Of a DNA stretch of 64,000 nt, positions 21,934 to 35,501 are shown one piece after another. Position numbers and translations under genes: made by a program. Under the pieces are notes generated by a model that was not told the DNA's origin, did no database searches, and worked only from the letters and a program-made list of their open reading frames with translations. Within the stretch, counting starts at the first letter, position 1. Every line of letters starts with the position of its first letter. The stretch is taken from NCBI GenBank assembly GCA_002633005.1, contig NMRA01000235.1:448964-512963 (forward strand). Reading direction: 5' to 3'. The DNA comes from Phoronis australis (lineage: Eukaryota; Animalia; Phoronida).

Positions 21934-22932
21934 TCATATTGCAAAATTCGATTTTGCCTTCGACATTCACCCCTTTAAGTAAAAATCGCGATTCCAAATT
22001 GATTTCTTCCAAAAAAATACGCCCCTGCGTGAGGAATAAAATTAGGTGCCAGCGTACTATAACACCATCAACCGTCTATTTTCGAGCATAACTTTACGCT
22101 GTCTAAGTCACGGTGGAAATTCATAACTAGCGTCATGTCGGTCATTTTCAGCGTGTCTCTACGGAGTCCATTTTTAAAATAATTTTGCTCGTAATTGCAT
22201 ACTTCTAGAAAATTCAAATGACTTTCATTTCCATTGCTGGAATCATGCAGGTTTCGGGGAAGGCTACGTCTTAACGCTTAATTTCAATTCCTTAAAACCC
22301 GATCACCGCTGCATAAAATGTGCCCCCAGGAACCCACATTTTGTGCCAACAGCAATGTTCAGAACAGCAGGTTTGACGGTCTTAGTGGATTAAATTTCTA
22401 AGTTTGAGTTGAAGAGAGGCGTGGTGAAGTAGGTCACTAACTACATTAGAGACATCTGGTGGTCCGCTACATACATGTAGACATGACTATGGAACACAGT
22501 TTTAAAAATTTGTACCGTAAACTAAAGCGAAGGAGTCCAAACTGTCGCTTTAGTTGACCGCGTACGTAAGGTAGCTGACAGACTTCAAGATTATTTGCTT
22601 TATTTTTAGTTGCAGTCAGGTTCATTACATTGTGGAGGCTCTAGAGGAAGGTACATGTAATTGACCTGGTTGTCTTGTAAAAGCAAGCTCCAATGTACAT
22701 GTAATTAGCGTTAAACGTCCGGTCTCGTAGTGGTCTTCACTGTGTTTAAACCTGCTCTCCGTGTTCTGCGATCACCGCTAAAACAGATATGATACTTTGC
22801 TGGAAATAGACCTTTTGAATTTCCTAGTCACGCGTTAAGTTAACTCAAATAGATGCTGAAATGAGGTGCAGTTACCTACGAATAAGAGTATAGAATATTA
22901 ATAATGGTAAATTTAAATCAAACGAGCCTCGA

Positions 22933-22971
22933 TACTAAAATAAATTAAAATTTCCCCACGTTTCGAGTGAT
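22933..22971 (-). repeat. Second fragment of the same retroelement 3' terminus
   Basis: tactaaaataaattaaaatttccccacgtttcgagtgat vs tactaaaatatattaaaatatccccacgtatcgagcgat (52754-52792): 4 mismatches in 39 nt. Confidence 0.75.
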
Positions 22972-23379
22972 CTAGACCACATTCCATTCGACTCTAAGAA
23001 TACTATGTTACTTTTTGGGGTAAGATGATTTTGGTACCATACTTTAAGAATCTAAAAAGGTTCCAAAGTTTGACTTGGACGTTTCCGAGAAATTTGACCT
23101 GAAAAATTTGGCACGGAAAACCAATCTTCATAAATCAAGAACGCTAGACCCAAAGTGAATGATAGCTTGATTGGGTTTTGTGCATAATCCACATTGCAGC
23201 TCATAGTCAACTGTCACAGGGAATGATAAACCATTCAGTCCTGACATCCACAAGCATGATAAAATGTTAATATTTTCCATTCAGCTACAAATTTAAAGTT
23301 TTTTTTAACAACTTAGAAAACATTTTTACGTTTGTTCGTCCACTCCATTGTCTTCATTCATCATTATTGTCATCAAAAT

Positions 23380-24338
23380 TTGTTTCATGAGACACCGTGC
23401 TCACAATCTTTACAGTCACACAAATTTGAACATGGCAAGAACACACTTTTGTACTACCACCACTCTTTCTACATTTCCAATTAAGATTTTTCATGACATT
23501 TTCTTGGGCTAAGGCACAGTAATCCAGTTGAAATTTAGATTACCCTCCTCCAAATGTCACCTGTTACCAACTGGGGATGGTGCAGTGCCTGCTTTTGCAA
23601 AGCTCGTTTGTGAATGGCACACAGGTAGTTAGCTCTTTTGGCATGTACATGTAACAACAAACAACCATGATTAGGAGGCAGAGATGATTCCATTTCAGAT
23701 TTCTACCTGAATATGTGGTAACGTGCTTTGTTAACTGTTGGTGATGAGTCGCCGTACAGCTTACATACAAACTGTTCAATGATTTCCATGAGTTGAGCAC
23801 GAAACGCAAAATAATGTTGAGCCCCACTTTAATGACAAAGTTTAACAAATATCTCTGCAACCCGGCACCCTACCGGGAATATATTTTTGTTAACCTGAAT
23901 AGGGTTTCATCTAAACACTTCAGCCTTGTTACCGTAATCGTTTTAGTGAAACCGATAACCAAAATGCTCTTCACTTTAGCACAGTATGGCCAACAAGTGA
24001 AATTATATTTTTTAAAGTACTCAGCAAAAGTAAGCATTAAGGGCAATGAACAACATTACTAGCATTGATTTCACCGTACAGTTGCCAATTTAATAAATAG
24101 AAAAAATAATCATCTTTAGTACTGCAGTTCAGTCTTTAAAAATAGTGGAATGGTCATTTTTGGCAAAAGTTTTTGTGTGAAATTTAAAAGCGTCTTATTT
24201 ACCGTAGAGCTAAAATTTATTTCTTTTTACGCTTCCTGTTTTAGATAGCACAGAATTGGAAGAGTAATTTTTTTCTACACTAAAAATTGTCCAACTCAAA
24301 AATCTCCAAAATGTGAGACACCGAAATCTGAGTAACAT
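23380..24338 (-). mobile_element. Academ-type transposon relic (C-terminal XPG-like/Cys8 region); probably continues on the other side of the Sola3 insertion (~27740-29090)
   Basis: Minus-strand translation gives IEQFVCKLYGDSSPTVNKARYHIF..LPPNHGCLLLH[VH]AKRANYLCAIHKRAL and a later CRKSGGSTKVCSC cluster, matching the recalled Academ C-terminal pattern. Ends not located. Confidence 0.6.
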
Positions 24339-24342
24339 TTAA

Positions 24343-27300
24343 GAGACAGTCTGTATAAAAACCAGTAGATTTTCAAAAATCGGTCTATACGTCAAAATTT
24401 AAAACAACTTCATTTTTGTAAATGAGTAGGTATCCTAACATAAACCCAAATGCCAAATTTTGTGTACTCAATGACCCCTATTTTCGCCGCTGGAGCACGA
24501 TAACACAAATTGGCACAATTGGGCATATTAGCCGTCTCAAAAATCGCATGTTTTCAGCAACAAAAATGAGTAACATACAAAATAGATCAAATGTATATTT
24601 TGGTGGCTGAAATAAAGAACGTATACAATGTACTGTACATAATTCTGTGTCATTAATTAAAATCTGACAGTTTTGTGCTAGACAGGAAAGGTAATTCCCA
24701 GACCACTTTTTGGGGGTAATTTTAGTGGCCATTTTTTGTGACCTTCTTACTGCCATAAAACACCTTGTATCCTTATGTGACATTTTGAACATACAGTTAA
24801 AGAGTCAGTCTTGATGACTGAGCAATAAAAAATCTTGCCTCAACTTTGCACCTTAGTGAAAATTGTCTTGCAAAACTGTCTATTTTCATAGTTTGCAAAT
24901 GACGAGCAGAGTTTACAGACCATTTGAACAAACTTTAAGACAAGAAGTCTGCTTTAAATAGTTATAGCAACCAACTCTAAACTCTTTCAGATGAAAACAA
25001 GATGTTTTCCGGGTTTTTTACGCGGCTAGTATCAAACCTGAACCCCATGAGCTTTACCCACTGAGGGAGTCAGTTGAGGTTAAGCTTGAGGATATATAAA
25101 AATGTACGTGTAACACTCTTGTAATCTTTCATTTCTTTTACATTATCAAGTTATTTTAATCACTCTGTAGAAATTTTAAATGGAAATAAATGCCTTTAAG
25201 ATTAAACGAGTAAGAATTGATATTTGTAATGACTGGTTTTGAGAGAAGCAAGTGCATTTTAAAAAGACAAAATGGCGAACCATGTCGATGGGCCTTCATG
25301 TTCCTTTAGAGTTTATTCTGCAAAAAATCCAATCACAAAAGCTTTGTGCTTTAATGAGTTATGTCAAAGACTTCACTGAACATTTGAGATACAGGAAACT
25401 ACCTTACAAAGCAAGGCCTGTGCCAGTGTACATGTACGCAGTCGTACTACCCAGAGTCGGTGAATTTTTTACTGAACAGGACCAGTCATGGAAGTCAGGT
25501 AATGCTGGATGTTACCACTCTGCTCCTCCTCATGAACGTAGTAGCCTTGCCAAATTCTACCGGCATTTCTGTTTCGAAATATGACTTTAGTGAAGGCCAA
25601 AATGGAAAGGATCTCTGAAATCGCAAGATCGCTCCACTCAAACAACATGAAAAGAACTCTGTAGCCGAAGGTAACAATGTTATAAAGTTTCTGGATTTAA
25701 AAGAAGCATTACTTTCCAGATGCCTTGCGAAGGGATGTTATGTGTATGCATGTTCAGTCAATGCAACACAGTCTTTTCCAAAATACTCAATTCCTGGTAT
25801 AAGCACATTCCCAAATCCCCACTATTCCACCCAAGGAATTCGCGTGTGGAAATCATTCAATGTAGGTGACGGCAAGTTCCGTACAAATACTGAGAAAATG
25901 GGAAACCTATTTCTCTAAAATACACTAACATCTCTAGACATGGCGGATTTTCAACACCAAGTGTATCTAGTGAAGAGCCCCAACAAAGTTCCCTTGTACC
26001 CAGCAGAACTAGTTCAGCATTTGGATGTGGGTAACCACACTGAACATTTACAGAGGGAAACCACGTATGACCACATCGCACGACAGTTGTCAGAAATGTT
26101 TCAGATGCAAGAACCGGAGCGTTATTTGAGGCAGCCTCAGAGTACTATTTGGATGAGACGAATGCTGAAGCAATAGATTAGGCATTGAAAAAGGTGTGTC
26201 GACAAGATTTTCAGCAAAGGTTAAGAACATTCTGACGAACATATTCGATTAAGGAGATAAGTCAGGTAAGAACGTTCACCCTCGGAAGTGCCATTAAGTG
26301 AATCGCATATTGGTGGATTTTTTGAGGTTGTCTGAAGCAATGTTGATGACGATGCAGTTTATGCTGAAGATGCTGTTATATCGTCAGATTTACTGAATGA
26401 AGTGGTAAATGAGCTCAATGTTTAGCCTAGCTTTGTAGCATACCAGTCAAAGATGTGTGATATATGAAGTCGAGACCGTTACTTCTGTTTACTTCATGTC
26501 TGTCATGAATGAGTCATTAATAAAATTGTCTCTCGTTAATTATTTTCTATTGACTGTGAATGTGTACCTTTTTATACCACTGATGATCACACTGACAGAA
26601 ATATTCAGCGTTAGGGTGCCCGGTGTGTGGGGGAACACCAGATTTCTGGCGACTGGTGGCGACTAAAATTTGTAGAAACTAGCAGGGACATTACAATATG
26701 AACCCAAATTTACAATGACTATTGACGAGTTGAATGATTTTTTGCACTGAACACTAGGGGGCCATATCCAACTTGGGTGCCTTTCTTTGCCTGTGGCACG
26801 GACAACGCAGATAGAAAACAAGGCAGGGGTGAGTTCAGTAACACTAGAACCTCTCTAAAATTTGTCCAAAACCACGTGTTCTCATTTAAAATGCAGGGAC
26901 TTATCTCGCAAAGTCTTGAATTATAGCAAGGTTCTCGTGTTACTGCTCTTATTCTAGATGCGTCTTCAGTCTCTACGTAAACAAAAGCAGTGTCATCTAT
27001 CATTTAGAACCACGCATGCCAGTTGATTTACGCTACATATTTTTCGTAATAAGCAATAATCATCAATGCCGTTTTCAGAGAATGGTAATTAATAATGCTG
27101 TCTGCCTTTTCTCCAAAATACAAGGTTTTAATGTCGTGTTTCGCAAGCTAATTATATGTTCCAAGAGCCCCCTATTGGCAGCAGAGCCAACTGAGAACAT
27201 GTAAAAGGACGAAGTGCAGTTCGTGTAATGCTTCGTACGCAAAAACTACATTAGAGGCAAGATTTTTTATTTTAGATTATGAACAGGTTGGGAATGACTA

Positions 27301-27735
27301 AACAAATTATTATAAAGTCAATTTCAGGAAAGGTGCATTATGGCTGCTACAAAGTGCCACATTTGGCCGAAAATGGCTTCAGTGAAAACCTGAAAAATAG
27401 CCGTTTTTGCCTCACAAATTCAAAGCGTACAAATTTAAAAATGGATTTTGAAAGTTATGCCATTAAATTATTCAGCCACTGCGCTTTCAATTCGTATTAT
27501 TCATTTGTTTTGACCTTACCATACACGCTAGTAAAATGCATTCAATCATGCCTACTTCGACGCCCAATTTTGTTGCAAAATGGAGGTACAGGTCATAAAA
27601 AGAAAAATAATGAATGAAAATTCTTAAACAGTGAGGTTTATCTACATCTCAACAAACCAAACTCCTGTGCTAAGTTTAAAAAATCGGTGGTTTGGGGTAT
27701 AGACTCTACCTGTTGGTTTTTATATGGAGTCACTC
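24343..27735 (+). mobile_element. Sola3 DNA transposon, degenerate and internally deleted
   Basis: TTAA TSD (24339-24342 and 27736-27739), GAG..CTC termini, imperfect TIR (gag....tataaaaacca). Transposase relics at ~25490-26290: GNAGCYHS, DFSEGQNGKDL*NRKIAPLKQH..AEGNNV, IPGIS, GIRVWKSFNVGDGK, RFSAKVKNILTNIFD*GDKSG. Confidence 0.85.
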
Positions 27736-30480
27736 TTAAATTTTCAAGATAGTGATTTACAGAACACGGCCAATACTTTTTTGTATTTCTCAATTTCGAG
27801 ACACAACTCATATTTTTACATACATGTAAAATGATCAGAGAATAGGCTTGGACGTTCAGAAAGAGCAGAGCTGATTACTCACATGTAGGTAAAAACTACA
27901 TCCAGTATCTTTGAGATTGGGAAGGATAATACTGTAAATTTATTAAGCATGCTAATTATTTTTCCTCTGTCCTAAACTAAAGATTTTTACCACAAAAGAT
28001 GGTTTTTCGAATTAAGAAAAGGAAGGCATTTTTACAAGTGAATGCTTGGAAATGTGAGAGCTTCTCAAGATTTTTTGTGAAGTTCTTTGCGATGGACTTT
28101 GAACTTTGACAAAGGACACACATATACTACACATATACATTTCTTTGAGCACTGTTAATTGGTCTTGACAGTGAAAACCTCCTTAAATTTCTAGTAGGTT
28201 CGTCATCGTTTCCTTCCTTCATCAGCTTGGACTTTTTCTTTTCTAAGAGCTGTTTCAATTTTGATAAATATATCAAGTTTCTCTAATACTGACTGTGATA
28301 GAATAGCCCTGTTTTTTTCACAAAAAAACTTCTCAGCAATAACACTTTTCTTGCACTCCTTGTTGATCCCCTTGTTTGCAGCTGCCTAAGACCACGTAAT
28401 ATATGAAAAATTTAGGAGCTCAGAAATTTGAGCAGAATCTGAGACATGCATGCAACAAGGATCAGACATCTTGCCAGTTTCTTGTGAAGTTGCAAACCCA
28501 TTCAATAATTCATGGTTTCAACTGTGTCCTAGCTGGCCCACAACTGATGTTTGCGGAAGCAGGAAATTATTCAGGTGCACGCCCAGAATTGTATGTTTGT
28601 CAGTATGATGAAACTTGCCAATTGACTTGGTTTCCTCAATTCCAGTGTACGGCCTGCTGGTTTATGAGCCTTGAATCCTTGGAAATTACCAATTACATGC
28701 ACAGTCATCCAAAATTAACACTTTTCGATGTAGACAGTAAATTTCAACAAGTTAGCCAAGCAAACATTGTAACACCAGTTGGCTGTCCTCTGATGGATGC
28801 TTTCATGAAGAAGACAACGGACACACTATTTTCCTGGAATTTGATTGCCTGTTTTGATCATTTTGCACCGACACCTGGTGGCTAACGTTTAGGCTATTAT
28901 TTCCAACATTTAAATTGAAATTATTACTAAACGTGCAAGTGTATTCTTGGAACTTTTTTGAAATTGACTTTTGAACATCTGTAAATGGTCTTAATGCAAA
29001 GTTCATGTTGCCCCCAGAAAGTGGCCACGGAAGTGAAAGATAGGAGAGCTGGGACTATGGCCTGATGCCCTCTTTGTCAAGGCTATACTAGAGACTGCGG
29101 AATAGATGGTTTTAAATAAAATCGCACAGGTGACCTCATGATGATAAGTAATAGGTAACATGAGCAATATCGGTCATTACAACTAACAGTGTGGTACGCA
29201 TAACGAGAGGAAGGTCTGAAAAGAAACGGGCACGTATCTACTGTATTTTATTCACTATAGACTTTTATTAAGATAGAACCCCTACATTTGTGTCCCTGAT
29301 TTGAACTGTGGTGTGAGTATTGAATCTGGCTAGGAAGTCGGCCTCGCTCTTTCTCCGCAAGTGGATGTCCTGCAGCCCGCCTTTTATAAACAGTGCACTG
29401 AGGTCACTGCCAGTGTGGCCCGCGATATTGCAACTATCCACCAATGGGGACTGCCTTGTTGTTGTACAGGATCGTTTGTCTATGGCCGTTTAGTCTCGTG
29501 CGAGACGCTGCCTAAAATACCAAGTATGGGGAAACACCTTATGAAACATAAAATACGCGTTGTTGAGTATGGAACATGCCCCTGATTTTTTACGAGACAC
29601 CACCATGACTTAAGACCGACTAATCAGATTGGGAGACTGTCTAGGGAATAGACGGGGCCACTAGAGTTATCAAAAATCGTATTCCGAGTTCTATGCACAC
29701 GAGGATGAAAACTAGTGACAAAACAAATGAACGTATTCTCATCTTGCTAGTTTCCCTGCTCTTTGGGGATCAGGAGCTCTTCCCTAGAGATAGATTGCAC
29801 TTTGGAAAGAGTTGCAAATACCAAATTTAACGTGGTTCAAAACCCCTATCAGCGAACCAAGTGACAACTGTCTAATTTGTCTACAGGAAGCCACATCACC
29901 AGTGCATATGAGGCGACAAAAAATACAATAACTGTAAATAACAGACCGTCATTTTTACTGCTTAACAAATTCAGACAATTTCATAACCGTTGTATTAGTG
30001 ACCTAAACAAAATCTGGTTTCTCAAAAGATAGCAATGACTTCAAAAGCGCTAAAACCTCCGTAGAAAGCAAGATTTTGCGATATCAAGTCAGATTTTGTC
30101 GCTAAGTTTCAATTAAAGCAAACATCTTTGGATACCTTTTAGTGTCGTGAGACAGGTATACTATTCTACCGAGGTGTAACGCAGCTTTAAGCAATTTGTG
30201 ACACCCGTTTACGTACGCATTTTTAATACATTAATCGTCGCAGGGAACAAAGTCTTGGTATCATTTCGCAAGTGTTGATACACCTGCCGGCTGATGAGCT
30301 TGGCTCACTTGATGTTCTGACTGTTGAGCTTGGCTCATTCCATGTTTTTATATTTCACTTCAGCATTGTCAAAACATGATCCAAACACACGAAATAACAA
30401 GACTAGATTAAAGCTGGATATCGAAAAGGAGGGGCACTTTGGTGAGACAAATAGCATTGTGTGGAAACACGGCAACCGTT

Positions 30481-33400
30481 TCACGTGTAAATCAATAGCG
30501 CAAAAATGTCTGCAGTGGAGAGTGAAGACAGCTTTCAACTACAGCAATATTCATCCACTGTACACCAAGGAACGAATGAAATCTCATTACCTGGGGCCGA
30601 GACCGAGACCCAGTTTCGCCAACCACCTCCGCAGACTTGTTTCGAGTTCCCGGGGCACGGCTCATCACAGCTCTCATCTGGTTTCTTCCAATGGTACCCA
30701 TATCGATTACCGCACCAGCACTCACCACCATCTTGCGTCCCGGCAAATGAGTAGCCTTTGTTTCCGCAAACCTTTCGGCACTTGTCGTTCGTGTTGTCGG
30801 ACGAAGTGTATGCATGATGCTCCAGATCTCGACTCCAGTAGTCACCAAAGCAGCCAGGCAAAGCTGTAGTGTAAAAGTGCTTAGTCTCATTGAGTTCCTA
30901 AGAGAACCAGTTTCCCCAAACAAAGGACCATAAATCACGCATATTCGGTTGATCTCAGTTATCCATACAAACTGTGAAAAGTACTTTGATGAGGACATCG
31001 GCCTTCACACATATAGCAGTTACATTGACGAGTCCTGTTTGCTCTTTCTTCGTACCTTTAGCGAACTTGTATTTTGGTTCATTTGATTTGGTAACTTGCT
31101 TTCATTGAGTTTGCATTTTTTACGTTTCAGTTCAGAGACGTGCTTCCACGGTCCATGTTTCATCACACAAGTATTTAACATAAGTTTATGCGTTTTCTCT
31201 AAAGTGTGCTCATAGCAACTTGGGCATTCATCTCATAGAGAGAGTGCTGCATCTGATAGAACTAGATTGTGTACTCCATGAAACAAAGCATTTCAAATAC
31301 TTACGTGGTACGAACGAATGCATCACCCAGTTCCTATTAAGAGCACCGCATTTCTGAGTACTTTCTCCAGGACACTTGTTGTTACAAATGTTCGATGGTT
31401 TGTGTGTCCTGGAGAAATGTTTAAAGTAGTTGCCACAGTAACACCGTTTGCCTATCTGCGTGGCCGCTAATTTCTAGAACAAAATATACTGAGAGAAGTA
31501 TAGGTATACCATATCTTTAAAATACGAACTAGTTCACGTCTCCATTAGATCAACGAAAATGGATAAAAACACGGTGATGTCAAGATGAACTTGAAGGGTG
31601 CTTATTGTATATCACTCAAAACGTACATGTTTTTTTACACCCTCAGTGATGGACTTCGGCATTGAATAAGGACTGATTCCTCTGACACCTTCAGCTAACT
31701 TTCTGTACCAGCATAAATATTATGGTGATAGGAAAAGACAAAACTTTATTGGATTTGAAGCCAAGTTTCCCTGTCGAATATTATTTTTTTAAAGTGTCTG
31801 CGGAGCTGGGCGAGCGGATTCCATGTGGAGACAAGCAGTGGGAAAATTGAGAAAAGGTATGAGGTTGCTGTAAACTCAGTTTAAGGAGTATGGTGTTTAA
31901 AATACATTCGTTCACGTTGCGTTCATACCAGGTTTACGTTCGGATTAAACACGTCATATGGATTGGGTTACCAGAAAATTTGTATTCAAAATACACCGCT
32001 TTTGAACCAGTTTTTCTCGTTGCTCAGAATAAGCAGGTCAAATAGACCTAAAGCACGGGGTAATCCCTAACAGTGGGTGATGCATCTAAGTCATGCCATA
32101 GGCAATAAGATCTTGCTTAATGAAGTCGGGTGAGGGAAACAATATATGTGAACTACCGTCGTCAATTGTTTCACCTCTACATTCACCTCTTATCGGTCAT
32201 ACCCTCCGACAACAGTACCACTCCCTTTTGCTTAAGAATTTAACAGAGCGTCACGGGGTTGTTACGGGGTCAATTTAATCCTATTGTGATACGTTTACTC
32301 ATGTAGTCTCAAATTCAGATAGCCACCTATCGCTGCTTCTTCCTTGCTTTATTGTCGATAAACCTGCACCTTCTTACTACACTCTTCGGGCCCCTATGAA
32401 TTAGGCGTGTTTCCCAAATACTGTAAGGTGACAGAATAATTTAATGAACTCAAACATGGCACCAATCATCTTGAATTAGCATCCCATAATCATGGACATG
32501 AAGTTTTTTACGGCCCCTTGAAAAGGGTATAATGATTAAGACACAAACAAAAGAGCTTTTCAATGGATTACCTCACAGGTTCCCCTCTAAGTTTTCTTTA
32601 GCAATTTCAATGATATGTTTTCAAAAGTTAACTTTTATAGAAACTGGGTACTTCCAAAGATCAGGTTCCTCAAAGGATAACGACAGCAACGGCAATTTGT
32701 TTCTTTCACCTCCACAACATTGGTTGCGATAAAGCTTTGCTTTTTGTACCTTAAAATCACTGTGGAATACGTATCAGATCCTCTTCTCGCTGTTTTTTGC
32801 ATCACTGTTTAGCAGGAACGTTGCTACCCAAACTCATGTGTGGGAACTCGTCCCCCTGTTCATCGTTTCCTACGACTATGAATTTCACTACAGCTGGGTT
32901 ATTGGTTGTGAGGTGAAGGTGCCTACAGTAATCAATTCATGTACGCGTAGCCGTTATGTCTCACTTACGAAAAGATCAGTAGGGTCTTGAGCTATTGGAA
33001 GATTTAGTAAATAATATTGGCAATGTTTCCTCTGGGTTTTCCATTCTTTGGTGCACATACTTTGTCTCACAGTGTCACGTATTGATTTGCAGTAATAAGA
33101 TGTTGGAAACATGATTAATGGAAAAGGTGAGGGGCGTTCGAAGTTCATCTGTTCATCTCACGACCTACACACGAGAACAGTTGAAGGAGAAGGTTGAAAA
33201 GATTGACAACGACTGAGATGTCTTTGGCCAATTTGTCAACGTTACGCCCGTAAATTACGTGCGTAAGGTGCGAAGTACAGTTGCGGCGTAAAGTAATTAT
33301 TTAAGTTCAAAAATAAGTACTTTACGCAGTTAAAAATTAATTTACGGTCAGATAATTACTTACAGATCTAACAAGTGTTAACTTACGCACGTAAACCATG

Positions 33401-34872
33401 AACGTAACGTTTACCCATTTGAAAGAACGCTGCTCAAGAATGTCAAAAAAATCTAGCGAATATTTTGTATTTTACTGTCTCATCTTTATCTGTCAGATGA
33501 TTGATAACCTCCTCTCCTATAACTAGTTCACTTTTTGATATTATTCAACCTTGAGATAACTGAACACAACTGATCGTAAACTTAAATCTGGCAAGTCCAT
33601 GTACCACACGCTACATCAATTATGATGAAAGTTGTTTACATAACGAGGTTGCCAATCTCTGCAGTGCCATTTCCATTGCTGTGGATTAGAGGAGTTTTCA
33701 TATTGGCATTATCTAGAGTAATGACATTACGAAGGTGTTTTCCGCTCGCTCCCGAATAAGAATTGGTGGACAGAAGTTCGATTAATGCATACCACAGGAA
33801 TAAATACAGCCTCTCCAACCGTTTGATTACTTTAGTTCACTCAATTTATTTCATCTTTTTACGTTCTTGGCTGGGATCAATATCCTCCTACTTTATTAGC
33901 CATTGGCTTTGACGCGTATTTTTATTTACACTGGGAAACGTGTGGAACATGGTGCCCTTGTTCATCCATTTTCAAATGCTTTGCATTTTACCGTGAGGAA
34001 TTAGTACATTATACCGGAGAGCAATGGCCATTATGATAACAGGAAATGCGATAAAACACTATTTGTGGCGCTAGGTTGAAACCCTCTGTCCGCAATACCA
34101 GCAATGCGTAGGAGGCGCTTAACGCCTGTCCACAAAAAATCCGATCACCATCTGGCAGGATCATGACTTTCAATATGGCGCAAATCTTTGAACGTCACTA
34201 ATCGCTACGGTAAATGTGCATGGAACTGCTTCTACAGAGGTTCTGCGTACTATTAAACGGCCAACGATAATCCTGTTTCTGTTACTCCTGCTGCTACTGT
34301 TGCTGCTGTTATTTCAGTTAAAGAATCAGACCTTATGCCGCTGTAATGTTTTATCAAGCGCTTCCCTTTCAAAAGGGACTTTCCCACTTTGTCCCAAACT
34401 GAAAAGTAATATTACAATATAGATAAATATCAAGATTTTCGCTTAAGATTTGATTTATAATTGATCATTAGCCCCTCTCGATTACAAATCAAATTTAAAG
34501 ACAAAATGTTGATATTTATCTATATTGTACTTACATGTACATTTCAGTTTGGGAAAGTCCCTTTTTAAATTGGATGCGCTTCGGCGGGCCATAAGATGAT
34601 TATTCAGTAGTTTGTGTAATTGTAGTCAATAAATATTTGTATACGATTGCCACTGATAGAGGCTCCACTGGCATCATAGTAGATGCTGACAGTTGCATCA
34701 GATGAGATCAGTTCTCAAATTGTTCGTACCTTGAAATCCCTCCCGCACTTAAGTCTACACATCGCGTGGTGGTTGTCATTCCGATGGTAGGCTCTGTCAA
34801 GGGCACGTAAGATCGGGGCATCTGTGTAACATCCGGGGATTGTTCTTGGATACACCACATCTCCGTCTTCCC
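30481..34872 (-). CDS. Two-WSC-domain protein (5'-incomplete). Exons 34730-34872, 31305-31473, 30591-30863 and a probable last exon 30481-30509
   Basis: WSC1 is split over two exons: IPGCYTDAPILRAL..HAMCRLKCGRDFK|KLAATQIGKRCYCGN..ICNNKCPGESTQKCGALNRNWV. WSC2 is in one exon: LPGCFGDYWSRDL..KCRKVCGNKGYSFAGTQDGGECWCGN..SCDEPCPGNSKQVCGGGWRNWV. Splice sites are GT-AG with phases 1/0/1/1. An 81-nt intron then gives DIFALLIYT*. A possible short upstream coding stretch is MEISE(G) at 35502-35517. Confidence 0.85.
32740..33110 (-). mobile_element. Possible Crypton (tyrosine recombinase) relic
   Basis: Weak motifs only: YVHQRMENPEE..ILFTK and SSHT*VWVATFLLN..EKRI, resembling ENP.RC.V and NHSLRAT.AT.L..EK.I. 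Confidence 0.25.
33235..33414. repeat. Palindromic MITE-like element
   Basis: gtcaacgttacg....ttacgtgcgtaag vs cttacgcacgtaa....cgtaacgtttac. Confidence 0.65.
34356..34581. repeat. Near-perfect fold-back hairpin / palindromic MITE in an intron of the WSC gene
   Basis: Arms aagcgc.tcc..aaaagggactttccc..tcccaaactgaaa..acaatatagataaatatcaa..atttgattt and their reverse complement, with a short central loop. Confidence 0.8.
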
Positions 34873-35501
34873 CTGTAACACATGTTAGCATGCCTAGCTT
34901 AATTTCGTTATTAACTTGCCTGTTGATGTATTGTCCTTGGTTTATTTTTCAATCAAGACATGGACACCTTATTGCAAATTAGATAAAATATGTATCGGCA
35001 TGTGATAGTTGGAAGTTTGCCTGAAACATATTACGTGCAATCTTGGACCATGTTCTTTCGAGTACTCGAACGTATAAACACAACGGTGGTCGGCCCTCTT
35101 GGTTCAACAAAATTTGGTTGCAATTGGAAGCGTTACGTTGCCTATACGATGTATTTTTATTCTTGAAAAACAAGGCAGCGGTCAATATAAATTCAGTAGA
35201 TCGTCAGAAAACCTTTACGATACATTTGCTATTGTTACAGAAAAAATTAACGGTGTACAGGAACTCTGCACAACGTCACCTTGCTTGTAAGATGCATTTG
35301 GTATTCTTGAACAGCATATCGACAGAAACTTTGTAGATCGATGATAATTCATGCAAATTAATAATTTCCTTATCTGTTCAATGATAGCGAAAGAAGAAAG
35401 TGTCCGTCACTGACAATGATATGTACCGTACTGTGCATATATCCCTGGGTAGCACACAGACTGCAGGTAGGGACAAACAAGCATGATGCGAAAAAATTCA
35501 C

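Noticed and set aside
30291-30338. CTGATGAG hammerhead-like core in a short direct repeat
   Set aside because: Stem II is present (GAGC/GCTC) but no GAAA follows and there are no stems I/III.
30324-30998. Long overlapping ORFs of 181 aa (+) and 168 aa (-)
   Set aside because: Shadow frames of the GC-rich WSC2 exon.
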